Below are positions 24,037 through 33,635 of a DNA stretch of 44,175 bases, in pieces. The first letter of the stretch is position 1. Each line of letters opens with the position of its first letter. The notes beneath the pieces were generated by a model. That model was given only the letters and a program-made list of their open reading frames with translations, made no database searches and had not been told where the DNA came from. Source of the stretch: a virus; IMG/VR virus record IMGVR_UViG_3300029715_000022, positions 1 to 44,175 of that record, one strand, 5' to 3'. The position numbers were made by a program, and so were the translations under genes.

Positions 24037-25269
24037 TTAGTTCACGCCCCAAAGCGAGGCGAGATAGTTTTTCTCCGCCATCGTCAGATGCCCGGCGTTA
24101 TAGTCCTGCGTGATCCGGTTAAAGATCGATTCCATCGCCGCGTACTGATCCTCTGCGCTGCGCGGATATCTCGACGAGCTGACGATGTCCCGGTAATACT
24201 GCTGCCCCAGCGCGCTGAGCTGGCTGCTGTCTGCAATCGTCGGCGTATTCCCGTCTGTGCCTCCCGTTGTCCCGCCCCCGCTTCCCGATCCGCTCCCGCC
24301 CCCGCTGCCGGAGCTGTACGAGCCGCCGCCGGATCCGCTGTAGCCGCCTCTCTGCGCCTGCACACCCGCGAGGATGCGCTTCGCGTCCTCGCCGCTGATC
24401 CCGGCCTGTGCCAGCATCTCCGCGCTCGGCATCTGGCCCAGCTGCAGCATCGTCATGGCGAGGTTATAGGCGTTCTGGCGCTGCTGCTCGTTCTGGGTAT
24501 ACTTGTCCAGCTCCTGCTGGTATCTCCACTGCTCGCGCTGCCAGTCGGCGTCCTGCTGCGCCTGCATCTTCTGCCAGTTCTGGTAGCTCTGGTCCGTCGT
24601 CGGCGTGCCCACGCCCACGCCCAGCACGCTGGATACCTGATCGTCCGCATAGCCGAGCTGCTGCCAACGGTTGAGCGCCTCGTTGATGCGCAGGCTGTAG
24701 TCGCTCTGCGCGGCGCTGCCCGCGTTCATGAGGGCCGAGAGGTAGTTGTACTGATCCTGCCGGGCCGTCTGCTGCTCGTTGTACCAGCGGTTATAGGCCT
24801 GCTGCTCAAGCTCGGGTACCTTGTCGGCCAGCTGCGCCTTGTAGTTGTCGGCCGCCTGACTGGCCGCCGCAATGGCCTGCGTGGAGGCAAGGCCGCCCGT
24901 CTGCTTGGCGTAGGCCCCCAGCGTGTCGCGCATCGTCCGGTCGCCCTCGCGCAGGTAGGTCTTGCGGTACTCCTGCATGGCTGTGTCGTTTTCGGGGTCC
25001 CATTTGTAGGCCCCGCCGCTGTTTTCCTGCAGGCGCTTGATCGCAGCGTCCAGCTCCTCCTGATAGGGGTTCTTCCAGCCGGTGTTTGCTCCGGCCCCCT
25101 GCAGGTAGTTGGCGTACTGGTTCGTCTGCGCCCACTGGTTCAATCCCTCGCCCGCGATCTTCTCATTACGCATCTGCTCATAGATCGCTGCCTGTGCATA
25201 ATTGCCCTTCGCGGCCGCGTCGTCCATCAGCTTTTTGTAGTCCGTATCCTTGTTGTATCCGTACTGCAT
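24037..25269 (-). CDS. Q/N-rich protein with Gly/Ser linker, probable internal or ejected virion protein (410 aa)
   Basis: AAGGAGGGG RBS. Q/N/Y-rich helical sequence, GGYSGSGGGSYSSGSGGGSGSGSGGG linker. Located between the portal-like gene and the giant gene. Confidence 0.75.
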   Translation of the reverse strand: MQYGYNKDTDYKKLMDDAAAKGNYAQAAIYEQMRNEKIAGEGLNQWAQTNQYANYLQGAGANTGWKNPYQEELDAAIKRLQENSGGAYKWDPENDTAMQEYRKTYLREGDRTMRDTLGAYAKQTGGLASTQAIAAASQAADNYKAQLADKVPELEQQAYNRWYNEQQTARQDQYNYLSALMNAGSAAQSDYSLRINEALNRWQQLGYADDQVSSVLGVGVGTPTTDQSYQNWQKMQAQQDADWQREQWRYQQELDKYTQNEQQRQNAYNLAMTMLQLGQMPSAEMLAQAGISGEDAKRILAGVQAQRGGYSGSGGGSYSSGSGGGSGSGSGGGTTGGTDGNTPTIADSSQLSALGQQYYRDIVSSSRYPRSAEDQYAAMESIFNRITQDYNAGHLTMAEKNYLASLWGVN

Positions 25270-25278
25270 GGCCCCTCC

Positions 25279-27315
25279 TTACTGCATGCCCTGCGGCATG
25301 CCCATCTGCTGCTGCATGGCCTGCTGCGACTGCATGGCCATGGCCTGCGCCTGCTGCTGCGCAGCCTGCTCCTCCAGCAGCTTTTTGATCGTCCCCGCGC
25401 CGGGGTAATTCTGCATTTCCATTTGAGACCAGTATCGGATCAACGTCTGCGGCTCGCTCGGGTTGCCGTAAGCGCCGCTCTGCAGGTGCTGCGTGATCTC
25501 CTGCCACATGGCCTCTCGGTTCGCGGCAAGCCCGGACGCGTTGTCGCACGAAAAGCGGAACTGATCGTTCCAGTAGAGTTCTCCCGCCTCGTCGCACTCC
25601 AGAAATGCCCACGAGTTCCATTCGGTGTCCATCTCATTCTTGCCGTGCATCTTCCGCCGCTCCTCGCAGTATGCGAGCTTGTTTCGGAAAAGCCGCTCGA
25701 AGATCTCGGCCCACGCGGCCTTCTTCATGATTTTCTTCGATTCGATTCGGCCGGCCGCCTGCGCGGCCGAAAACTCCTTGGCCTTGCCGGACGTCGCCGT
25801 CGTGTCCGTCCTGCCCTGGAACGAGTCCGTGATGCCGAGGATCCTTCGGCTCTCCTCGTAGACGTGGTTGAGGTATGCATACGGCCACTCGAGGTCGCCG
25901 GTAAAATCAAACTGCTTGACCTGCGCCAGATCGGACTGCGGCATGTACCACAGCTCCTGATCCTGCCCGTCCATGCGCAGGCCGGGGTTGTCCGGCATCG
26001 CGATCTTCGTTCCCCATTTCGAGATGCGCGTGATCATCTTGCGGCTCAGGTGATTTACCGTGTTCTGCTGATCTTTGATCTTGTCGCAGTCGCTCTCGCC
26101 CAAAAACGTGCCCCACGCGGTAACGTTCCGCTGCAGCACGACGGGGTAGATGTTCGGGCGGTAGTATGGCACCCAGTATTCCGTTTCCGCCTGCGTCTGC
26201 GTGTTGTACGGAGGCAGCGTCTCAGGCCCCAGAATCGTCTCTGCGCCGCTTTCTGCCTCCGGCGTCAAACTACCCGCTGCGCCCACGACTGTCTCGTCCG
26301 GCGTAAACTCCGGCTCTGCCGCAGTCGGTTCCGGCGCAGTCATTCCCTGCAGGCGGTTCAGAACGTCCTCGCGGACGCCCTTTTCCCGCAGGTCGGCGAT
26401 GGTCATCCAGCGTCCTTCCTCGTCCGTCTCCTCCCAGCTGCGCGCGCCGCAGTAGGCGCAGGCGTCCTTTCTCCGCCGCTCCGGCGGCAGCCCCTGCGGG
26501 TACTCGCCGTTTACGGTCGGGCCGACCATCTTCCAGTTTGCCGAGTCTGCCTCTGTCTGTCCGCACTTTTTGCAGCGGCGCAGGCGGCGGCTCTGGCAGT
26601 CCTCCAGCTCCTCGCAGACCGTGTCGCCCACCCAGACGATGCGTCCGACGCCGCCGTGCTCGTTGCGGTAGTAGGCTGTCTCCAGCGTGACGAGGTCCTC
26701 GGCCGTGCTGGCCTCCTCGCCGCGCAGGCTGGCGTCCTCCTCCGTCTCGTCCGAGACGTCCACGCCGTACCGGCGCTTGACGTATCCCTTGGTCTGCGGC
26801 ATGCGGAGAAACATGTAGTCCATGTCCTCCGGCTCCTCGACGCCGTCCTGCGGGATGTAGCGCTTGGGGTGCAGCACCGTGATGCTGTTCTCGCCGACGG
26901 TCGTGTGCGTCCGCTGTGCGCTGTCCCACTCCACGAGATACAGCACGCCGCCCTGCACCTTGCAGGTTCGCTCTGCGCGGTCGTTGATGCGCTCCGCTGG
27001 CAGCCGGTCCAGCTCGTCCAGGAGCATGGCCTCGATCATTTTGCCGAGCAGGTTGTCCTGCTGGCGGCTCGGCGTTACCTTCCCGGTCGGCATACTGTTG
27101 TCGATCTCCGATTCGATGTTTTCGCTCGTGATGTTCCAGACGTGTGGAGTTTCCGTCGGCTCGTCGATCCCGTTTTCTACCAGCGGCCGCAGCGCGTGTC
27201 CGCCCTTGTACTGCACCTCGCGCGCGTCCATCTTGTCAAGCTCCCCGGCGTAGGCCTGCAGGTTGCGGTCCAGCTTGTCCTGCCACTTGTGCAGGGTCTT
27301 TTTCTCGTTGTCCAT
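25279..27315 (-). CDS. Portal-like protein with an inserted CxxC...CxxC zinc ribbon and a Q-rich C-terminus (678 aa)
   Basis: AAGGAGGA RBS. Size, position near TerL and the Q-rich tail (EEQAAQQQAQAMAMQSQQAMQQQ) fit a portal. The assignment comes from pattern recognition only. Confidence 0.55.
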   Translation of the reverse strand: MDNEKKTLHKWQDKLDRNLQAYAGELDKMDAREVQYKGGHALRPLVENGIDEPTETPHVWNITSENIESEIDNSMPTGKVTPSRQQDNLLGKMIEAMLLDELDRLPAERINDRAERTCKVQGGVLYLVEWDSAQRTHTTVGENSITVLHPKRYIPQDGVEEPEDMDYMFLRMPQTKGYVKRRYGVDVSDETEEDASLRGEEASTAEDLVTLETAYYRNEHGGVGRIVWVGDTVCEELEDCQSRRLRRCKKCGQTEADSANWKMVGPTVNGEYPQGLPPERRRKDACAYCGARSWEETDEEGRWMTIADLREKGVREDVLNRLQGMTAPEPTAAEPEFTPDETVVGAAGSLTPEAESGAETILGPETLPPYNTQTQAETEYWVPYYRPNIYPVVLQRNVTAWGTFLGESDCDKIKDQQNTVNHLSRKMITRISKWGTKIAMPDNPGLRMDGQDQELWYMPQSDLAQVKQFDFTGDLEWPYAYLNHVYEESRRILGITDSFQGRTDTTATSGKAKEFSAAQAAGRIESKKIMKKAAWAEIFERLFRNKLAYCEERRKMHGKNEMDTEWNSWAFLECDEAGELYWNDQFRFSCDNASGLAANREAMWQEITQHLQSGAYGNPSEPQTLIRYWSQMEMQNYPGAGTIKKLLEEQAAQQQAQAMAMQSQQAMQQQMGMPQGMQ

Positions 27316-27324
27316 GTGTCCTCC

Positions 27325-29127
27325 TTAGTGCAGCGCACTACCGACGTAGTATTCAATGGCGAGGCTGTGCAGCGCCCACTCTCCCGTCGCCTCGATACGG
27401 AGCCGGAAATGGTCGCACCGGTGCGGCACGACCGGCAGGTAATAGCTCCGCTTGCCCGCTGCGGTCAGCGTCGTCACGCTTTTCCACGTCCCGCTGCTGT
27501 CGTACTGGATCTTGACGGTCACGCTCGCGCTTGTCAGGCTCAGCCGCAGCAGCAGCTTGCTCACGGCTTTGCGGTTTGGCGACTCCATCGTAAAGTCCGC
27601 AAACTCAACAAAGCTCTCCACGGCCGCCGTGTTTTTCGGGCCGCCCGGCCCCTTGAGCGTCGTCAGCGCCTTGCCGGTCGTCATTGCGATGATGGACGGC
27701 AGCAGCGTCTCCGCGCCCTCCGTCAGCGCCATGCTGTCGATGTCGGGGCTGTCCTCCACGGTCCAGATGCCGCGCAGCCCGTCGTAGTGGTATAGCCTCT
27801 GCGGGGCCGCGCCCGGCTTCTTGAGCTGTATGTAATAGTCCGTTCCGTCGCTTTGCGCGAGGCCGCCTCTGTACTCATCCGGCCCAAAAACCTGCTGCAG
27901 ATCCTGCGGGTAATCTCCGTCGTAGGCCATCATGCCCTGCGGCGAGTAGTAAAACAGCAGTCCGCCCGCTGCGCCGAGGCTGTTCTGCATGCCGTGCGCC
28001 ACGCCCGGCGCAAGGATCTCGCTCGTCTGGAATGTCGTGGCGTCCGCCCCGTAGATCCGCAGGATATAGCCCTCGCGGAAAAACGTGGGGTAATGCCAGC
28101 CGACGCCGCCCGTGATCTCGCCTCGCGTCTGCAGCTCCACGTACCAGCTGTCCGTGCTCAGCCCGTCAAAAACGTAAAAGTTCGTCGGATCGCCGAGCGC
28201 GCTGGCAAAGATCTCCTTTTTGTCCGCGCCCCAGAGGCGGTTCTCGAACTCAAAGCACACGTCCATGTCCGGCACGCTGCGCCGCAGCGTGATCGTCCCC
28301 GTCTCGCTGTACGAGGTCTGCTTTTCGCCGCTGTCGCTCGGCGGGATCTTAAAGCAATAATCCGAAAAGATGAGGATCTGTGAGCCGATCTCGCGGATGA
28401 TCGCGATCTTGTTGTTGTCCGGCTCCGTAGTCAGGCCGTCGATCTCCACGGCGTCTCCGACCTGAAATCCCGCCTTTGCAAAATTGGCCGATGCCGGGGA
28501 ATTGATCGTCAGCGTGTTGGCCGTGGCGGCGGCTCCGTAGATCGTCCCGTCCGAGATCGTGATCTTGGTCGCCGTCAGCTCCGCCTCCATGCTCACGACC
28601 CACGCGCCCATGGTGTCCCACTCATCCCCGGTCCACACAAAGAGCGACCATTTCGGGTTCTGCGGATCGTTTGGATTGGTGTTGATGACGTATGCCGTTC
28701 CCTTTTCGGCGCTCGTCGGCAGGGCTGCCGGATTGTCTGCCTTCCCCTTGACGGTGTATTTTGCCTGCACCAGCTTTTTCGCGGGCATCAGCACGATGCG
28801 GTCTCCAAATCGAACGAATTTCGTTTCTCCCGCCCCGATGTATGCTGCCTTGAGGTTGAGCAGCGCCCACTTGTACCACAGCCAGCCGTCCGCATCGACG
28901 TACCACATGGCGTGGTTGTCAAAAAACATCTCCGTTGCGCCGGTCAGCGTCCCGGCGTTCCGCCGCTTATCGCGAGAGCGCAGCAGGGGATAGTCCCTCG
29001 CGCTCATATTCTCCATGTCATAGATCTCGCCGTCCCCGGCGTTCGGGTGGTGCCGCAGCCCGCCGAACTGCACCTGCTGCGACCGCGTGATCCCGGAGCT
29101 ATAGGCCATGCCCGGCAGTCTACCCAT
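27325..29127 (-). CDS. Virion structural protein, tail-hub or beta-propeller-like (600 aa); function uncertain
   Basis: GGAGGAG RBS. Beta-rich sequence with repeated aromatic/Gly motifs. Lies between TerL and the portal-like gene. Confidence 0.75.
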   Translation of the reverse strand: MGRLPGMAYSSGITRSQQVQFGGLRHHPNAGDGEIYDMENMSARDYPLLRSRDKRRNAGTLTGATEMFFDNHAMWYVDADGWLWYKWALLNLKAAYIGAGETKFVRFGDRIVLMPAKKLVQAKYTVKGKADNPAALPTSAEKGTAYVINTNPNDPQNPKWSLFVWTGDEWDTMGAWVVSMEAELTATKITISDGTIYGAAATANTLTINSPASANFAKAGFQVGDAVEIDGLTTEPDNNKIAIIREIGSQILIFSDYCFKIPPSDSGEKQTSYSETGTITLRRSVPDMDVCFEFENRLWGADKKEIFASALGDPTNFYVFDGLSTDSWYVELQTRGEITGGVGWHYPTFFREGYILRIYGADATTFQTSEILAPGVAHGMQNSLGAAGGLLFYYSPQGMMAYDGDYPQDLQQVFGPDEYRGGLAQSDGTDYYIQLKKPGAAPQRLYHYDGLRGIWTVEDSPDIDSMALTEGAETLLPSIIAMTTGKALTTLKGPGGPKNTAAVESFVEFADFTMESPNRKAVSKLLLRLSLTSASVTVKIQYDSSGTWKSVTTLTAAGKRSYYLPVVPHRCDHFRLRIEATGEWALHSLAIEYYVGSALH

Positions 29128-29353
29128 TCTGTCTCCTCCGTTCCAGCCGCTTTTTCGCGGTCTGCATTTTGCGCTCGGCCATAGCGGCCCGGTCGCCTGT
29201 GATCGCGTCCATTTCGTTTTCGACCTGACAAAATAGATATTCCAGCCCGGCCATCAGCTTGCGGTGCCATCGGTTGAGCGCGGCCGTGTCAGCCGCGGCG
29301 TTGCCGGTCAGCTCCGGCGGCTCTCCCGCCAGCTGTCGGATATTTTGCAGCAT
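29120..29353 (-). CDS. Small hypothetical protein (77 aa)
   Basis: Fills the TerL-to-600-aa gap. Its stop overlaps the next start by 8 nt. Confidence 0.55.
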   Translation of the reverse strand: MLQNIRQLAGEPPELTGNAAADTAALNRWHRKLMAGLEYLFCQVENEMDAITGDRAAMAERKMQTAKKRLERRRQNG

Positions 29354-29367
29354 ATTTTCCTCCTATC

Positions 29368-30864
29368 TCAGAATGGGTTGCCCCATTTGCCGATCAGATA
29401 GGCCCGCTCCGTGGCGTCGGCCGATCTGTAATCCTCCAATTGATCCTTGTCCCACTTGACGCGCTTGTGCCGCGTCTCCACGGTCGCCCGCTGCTGCTGG
29501 CGCACATAGTAGGTGATCGCCAGCGCCATCACGCAGTCGTCGTGCGCGCCCTCGACCGCCTCCGGCCGTCCCTTGCTGTTGCGGGCAAAGGTCAGCATCT
29601 CGTTGAGACAATCCTCATCGTCGATCAGCTCCGGATGCTCACGCATGATCCCCTGCAGCTCCGCGATGATGACCGGCCGCGTCAGGCGGTCGGTCCGGAA
29701 GCCGAGCGCCTCGCGCACCACATGCGTCAGGCTGTCCTCAACCTGCCGCACGAACTGCCGCGGATACCGCAGCCGGGAAAGCTCCTTGATCGGATGCGTG
29801 GAAAAATTGGCCTCGATTCCGACGAGCGCCTGATTGTACCACATGCCGAGGCACCATACCTCGCGGGCAAACAGATCCTCGTCTGTCCTCGTGCGGTACT
29901 TTGCCACGAGCCGCCCCGTGCTGTTATCGATGACACACGCAACAAACCAGTCTGACCCCTCTCCCGCCGTGTCCGCCCCGATGACGTAAGGGTGTCCCGC
30001 CTTTGGCTCCTCCCAGACGAGCGTCTCGCCGTCTTCCGCGTCCGTAAACGCTGCGTCCGTGATCGCGGTCTCGTCGTAGCGATATGCAAATCTCCCGCGC
30101 CGGATCGGCTTTTTGCAGTGCAGCAGCCGATCCATCAGGATATCGCGCCGGAAGATCGTCTGACTCAGCACGCCCCACTGCCCGAGGCAGTATACCTGAT
30201 AGTAATAGGGATCCGTCTTGCGGAATGCCTCCAGCGTCAGGCGGTCCTCCTCCGGCAGAAAGCGGTTGTCCTTGTACGTCGTCCGGCTCGTCACGACGCG
30301 CGCGTCCTCACGATCGAAAAAACGCTTTTTGAGCCAATGCGTAATGGAGATCGGGTTAAACGAGATGATGATCTGCTTGTAATACTTGCGCTCGCCGCGG
30401 AGACGGATATCCAGCTGATTGAAGTCTCCCTCCAGCAGCTCGCTCGCCTCCTCGATCCAGATGCCCGAGATATCGTGGATGGATTTGAGCTTCTCCACGT
30501 CGTCCAGCCCGGCAAACAAAATCTCGCTCCCGTTGTAGAACGTGATGTACATGTCGCCGCTTTTGCCGCGCGGGATCATCTTGACGGCCGGTCCGTAGTA
30601 CTGCATGGCCTGCGCCTTGAGCTGGTCAAAGCAGCTCTCGCGCAGCGTCTTGGCGACCTTGCGGACCACGAGCATCCTGTGCCCCGGCTCCGTCGCGCAG
30701 CGCTCCAGCACCTTGCGGCCTGCAAAAATCGACTTGCCGCTGCCGCCGCCGCCCATCAGGATCAGGTGCCGGTGATGATCGAAAAACAGGGGCAGGAAAA
30801 CGGCGTTGTTGCTCTCGCACAGCTGCTTGTACCACAGCGCAGCCTGCAGCGCCTTGTCGTCCAT
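29368..30864 (-). CDS. terL: Terminase large subunit (498 aa)
   Basis: Walker A motif LILMGGGGSGKS. The overall pattern resembles PBSX/terminase_6-type TerL, with a C-terminal nuclease-like region. Confidence 0.9.
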   Translation of the reverse strand: MDDKALQAALWYKQLCESNNAVFLPLFFDHHRHLILMGGGGSGKSIFAGRKVLERCATEPGHRMLVVRKVAKTLRESCFDQLKAQAMQYYGPAVKMIPRGKSGDMYITFYNGSEILFAGLDDVEKLKSIHDISGIWIEEASELLEGDFNQLDIRLRGERKYYKQIIISFNPISITHWLKKRFFDREDARVVTSRTTYKDNRFLPEEDRLTLEAFRKTDPYYYQVYCLGQWGVLSQTIFRRDILMDRLLHCKKPIRRGRFAYRYDETAITDAAFTDAEDGETLVWEEPKAGHPYVIGADTAGEGSDWFVACVIDNSTGRLVAKYRTRTDEDLFAREVWCLGMWYNQALVGIEANFSTHPIKELSRLRYPRQFVRQVEDSLTHVVREALGFRTDRLTRPVIIAELQGIMREHPELIDDEDCLNEMLTFARNSKGRPEAVEGAHDDCVMALAITYYVRQQQRATVETRHKRVKWDKDQLEDYRSADATERAYLIGKWGNPF

Positions 30865-30897
30865 TTTCCTGCCCCCTTTTTACTTGCTCATGCTCCC

Positions 30898-31908
30898 TCA
30901 GGTAAGCGAGCTGCCGAAGCTCACGCCCGCGGCCGCGAAGGCGCGGTAATCGTAGAAGCCGCCCGTGAATCGGGCGTTGCCCTTCCAGACGTTCGCGTCG
31001 TTCTCGGCGATCTCGCTGCGCACGGTCAGCGGCTTGCGGTCAACATCCACGGCGCCGTAGTAGCGCTTGTTGTACTCGAGGTCCGCGAGGATCCACGGGT
31101 AGCCGCTCGTGCCCATGTAGGCGTTGAGGTACGGCGCGATGATCACGTTCCAGTTGCCGAACTGGTAATTGAACTTGTTGCTCGCGGCCGTGCCGGTGTC
31201 GTGGAACGCACCCAGCACGCCGAAGACGTCTGCCTTGGCCTTGGCGTCGTTCGGGATGATGATGGTGTTCGGCTCAAGGCCCGCGGGCTCGCCGCTATCG
31301 GTCTTGAGATTCTGCATGGCCGTTGCCACGAGGCCGAGATTTGCCTCGGAGAACGCGTTGGAGAATGCGTTGCTCTGCGTCTTGCCGGTGCGCTTGATCT
31401 TGTGCGACTGCGAAAACAGTTTCACGTCGTCCTTGGTCTTCGTCGAGAAGGTCTCGACGCCGAGCTTCATCGTGTCGTTGTTCTGCAGCGCCGTACCGAG
31501 CAGGCCCCAGAAAAACTTGGATCGTGCGCGCCAGTAGTCGTCCAGGAACTGGATCGGCTGCCCCTTGAGCACGCTGTCGAGCTTGTCCTCCATCATCTCC
31601 ATGGAGATCGAGAAACTGCCCTTCCACGTCACCGGCCGGAATGTCTTAAAATAGCCCTCCTCGATGCCGCCCTGCGGATACGCGCCGTTCTCGCCGACCG
31701 GCTCAAAGCTGTTGCTGCCGGTCAGCCCGCCGAGCGTGGTGCTCGCCGTCGTGATCGGCATGTTGACAAAGAGATCCTGCAGCGCATTGCCCTCCTTCTG
31801 CATCCACGCCTCATACTCCCGCTCGAGGAGCATGCGCAGCGGAGACTGCAGCTCGCCAAAGAGCGAGTTGGTCACGTTGCTGGATTCCGAAACGATAATA
31901 CCTGCCAA
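30898..31908 (-). CDS. Major capsid protein candidate (336 aa), TTG start
   Basis: GGAGGGG lies 6 nt before the TTG at 31908. Size and position after scaffold and decoration genes fit an HK97-fold capsid. The call is by pattern only. Confidence 0.65.
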   Translation of the reverse strand: MAGIIVSESSNVTNSLFGELQSPLRMLLEREYEAWMQKEGNALQDLFVNMPITTASTTLGGLTGSNSFEPVGENGAYPQGGIEEGYFKTFRPVTWKGSFSISMEMMEDKLDSVLKGQPIQFLDDYWRARSKFFWGLLGTALQNNDTMKLGVETFSTKTKDDVKLFSQSHKIKRTGKTQSNAFSNAFSEANLGLVATAMQNLKTDSGEPAGLEPNTIIIPNDAKAKADVFGVLGAFHDTGTAASNKFNYQFGNWNVIIAPYLNAYMGTSGYPWILADLEYNKRYYGAVDVDRKPLTVRSEIAENDANVWKGNARFTGGFYDYRAFAAAGVSFGSSLT

Positions 31909-31929
31909 ATATTTCCCCTCCTATCTCTG

Positions 31930-32349
31930 TCAGCCCGTGCTCGTCACCGTGCCCGGCCGGATAAACCTGCCGCGGACCGTGTCGCCGATCGCCGTGCCCT
32001 TGAATGCCACGACCTCAAAGACGCCGTTGGTCGTGGTCGCCGTGGCCTTGGAGCCGGTCGTGTCGATCGTCACCATCTGGCCGACTGCCGCGCCGGTGTT
32101 GGCCGCGCTCCACTCCGACTCAAAGATTGTTTCCTCGTGCACGCGGATGCAGGGGATCACGTCCCCGGCAGCCACCGTGCCGCCGTACATGCTGATATAG
32201 TCCGGCCGCGTTGCGCCGGTGCACTTTGCAAGCTTGCCGCTCGTGAGCGTCAGCGCCATGCCGACGGTGCATGCCCCGATGGCGGATGCCTCGAGGTATT
32301 CCCAGGGCTCAGGCTGACCGTCGCGGTAGCTCTGAGGTAAAAATGCCAT
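31930..32349 (-). CDS. Head decoration / DUF2190-like protein candidate (139 aa)
   Basis: GGAAGGAGGA RBS. Small beta-rich protein between the scaffold and capsid genes. Confidence 0.45.
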   Translation of the reverse strand: MAFLPQSYRDGQPEPWEYLEASAIGACTVGMALTLTSGKLAKCTGATRPDYISMYGGTVAAGDVIPCIRVHEETIFESEWSAANTGAAVGQMVTIDTTGSKATATTTNGVFEVVAFKGTAIGDTVRGRFIRPGTVTSTG

Positions 32350-32367
32350 TTGTCCTCCTTCCGGCCG

Positions 32368-33303
32368 TTATCCGGCCTTGTGTGTCTTGTTGTAATGTGC
32401 GGAGATCTCCGCATCCGTCGCATTGGGGTTGAGTGCCTTGTAAAATGCCTTGACCCCTGCCGGGACGGGTGCCGGGGTGTCTCCGGTCGTCTGCCGTGTC
32501 CGCTGCTGATGCTGCAGCCCGGCCGCAGCGTTTCGCGCTGCCTGTTCTCCCGCCGCGCGCTGGCCGCGCTGCAGGGCATCAAAGTTTGCAAGCCGGTATG
32601 CGTCTACGTAGTTGTTGCCTCGACGCACCGCATCAGCAAATTTGGAGCCGGTCTCCATCGCCATGATGTCGTCCAGCGACTTGATGGCGGGATTCATCCG
32701 GCGGATCTCCGCCAGCTCCGTCTCGCGGCGCTGCGAAAACTCCTGCGCTCCGGCTCTCTGCTCGGCTGCCTCGGCGCGCTGCTGCGCCTCCTTGGCTCCG
32801 CTGAGGATCTGCTGGATCTCCGGCGACTGCATCAGGGCCTGCTGCAGCCCCTCCGGTGTCAGCCGTCCGGCCTTGAGGTCGTTTGCCAGCTTGGCGTTTG
32901 CCGTGGCGGTCTGGAATGCTCTCCAGTCCTCCATGTTTTCCACGGTTTTCCCCGTAAACGGATCCTTGATCCCGGCTTTGCCAAAGACCTCTTTCTCCCA
33001 CTTTGCCCGCTCGGACGCCAGTGCGGCGTCGATCGCCTCCCGCTGCTCCCGCTCTCTGCGGGCCGCGGCCTGTTGGCGGCGGGTCTCCTTGTCCTGCGGC
33101 TGCTGCGCCTCCCCCTGCGGAGCGTCCTCCGTGTCCGGCTGCGTCTCTGCCGCGTGATCTTCCGCTTCTTCGGTTTCTGCAGGTTCGGCGATCTCCTGCC
33201 CGTTTTCGCCTGCCGGAGTCTCGTCAGCGTCAGGGGCGGCGACCTCCTGCTCGTTTGCGCCATCTTCGGGCTGCGGCAGCCCAAACTTCTGATACCAGTC
33301 CAT
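32368..33303 (-). CDS. Capsid scaffolding protein candidate (311 aa)
   Basis: Acidic N-terminus and long helical E/A/Q/R-rich sequence, immediately upstream of the decoration and capsid genes. Confidence 0.55.
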   Translation of the reverse strand: MDWYQKFGLPQPEDGANEQEVAAPDADETPAGENGQEIAEPAETEEAEDHAAETQPDTEDAPQGEAQQPQDKETRRQQAAARREREQREAIDAALASERAKWEKEVFGKAGIKDPFTGKTVENMEDWRAFQTATANAKLANDLKAGRLTPEGLQQALMQSPEIQQILSGAKEAQQRAEAAEQRAGAQEFSQRRETELAEIRRMNPAIKSLDDIMAMETGSKFADAVRRGNNYVDAYRLANFDALQRGQRAAGEQAARNAAAGLQHQQRTRQTTGDTPAPVPAGVKAFYKALNPNATDAEISAHYNKTHKAG

Positions 33304-33329
33304 GTTGTCCCTTTCTGCCCCTCAGGGCG

Positions 33330-33503
33330 TCACTTGTTGCTGCCCGCGTTGCCGCTGAGCTTCTTGCCTGCCGTCATGCGCAGGTCCGTGCCGGTGTGGA
33401 TCCGGCTCTGATCCGCCGTCGGCTTTTTGGCAAAAGGCGCCTTGACGTACTGCTGTCCGCCGTGGCCGATCTTTCCCGCGTAGCCGTCTCTGCTGTCTGC
33501 CAT
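33330..33503 (-). CDS. Small basic protein (57 aa)
   Basis: GAGGAGGGG RBS before the ATG at 33503. First ORF after the conserved late element. Confidence 0.45.
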   Translation of the reverse strand: MADSRDGYAGKIGHGGQQYVKAPFAKKPTADQSRIHTGTDLRMTAGKKLSGNAGSNK

Positions 33504-33545
33504 GCTGTCCCCTCCTCTCACCGGTTTTGGCCATTTTACCCCAAA

Positions 33546-33569
33546 AGCCGTGTTAGTTACCGTCAACTT
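33546..33569 (-). promoter_or_regulatory. Conserved late-operon element, copy 1
   Basis: agccgtgttagttaccgtcaactt matches 40651-40674 at 23 of 24 positions. On the minus strand it reads AAGTTGACGGTAACTAACACGGCT, with TAAAAT 22 nt after TTGACG. Confidence 0.45.
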
Positions 33570-33588
33570 GTACTGCCGTGTAAGCATG

Positions 33589-33625
33589 CAAAAAGAGCGC
33601 CCCGCGGTTTCCCGCAGAGCGCTCT
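33589..33625 (-). terminator. Rho-independent terminator after the lysis cassette
   Basis: 14-bp stem (two mismatches) agagcgccccgcgg / ccgcagagcgctct, followed on the minus strand by TTTTT. Confidence 0.65.
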
Positions 33626-33635
33626 CTTTCCGGCC

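Noticed and set aside
24088-27795. 1235-aa plus-strand ORF. Similar long plus-strand ORFs lie at 29992..32340, 35724..37949, 11503..13131 and 32350..33411.
   Set aside because: The reasoning is the same. They run antisense across several independent minus-strand genes, each with its own RBS, and their sequences are not protein-like.
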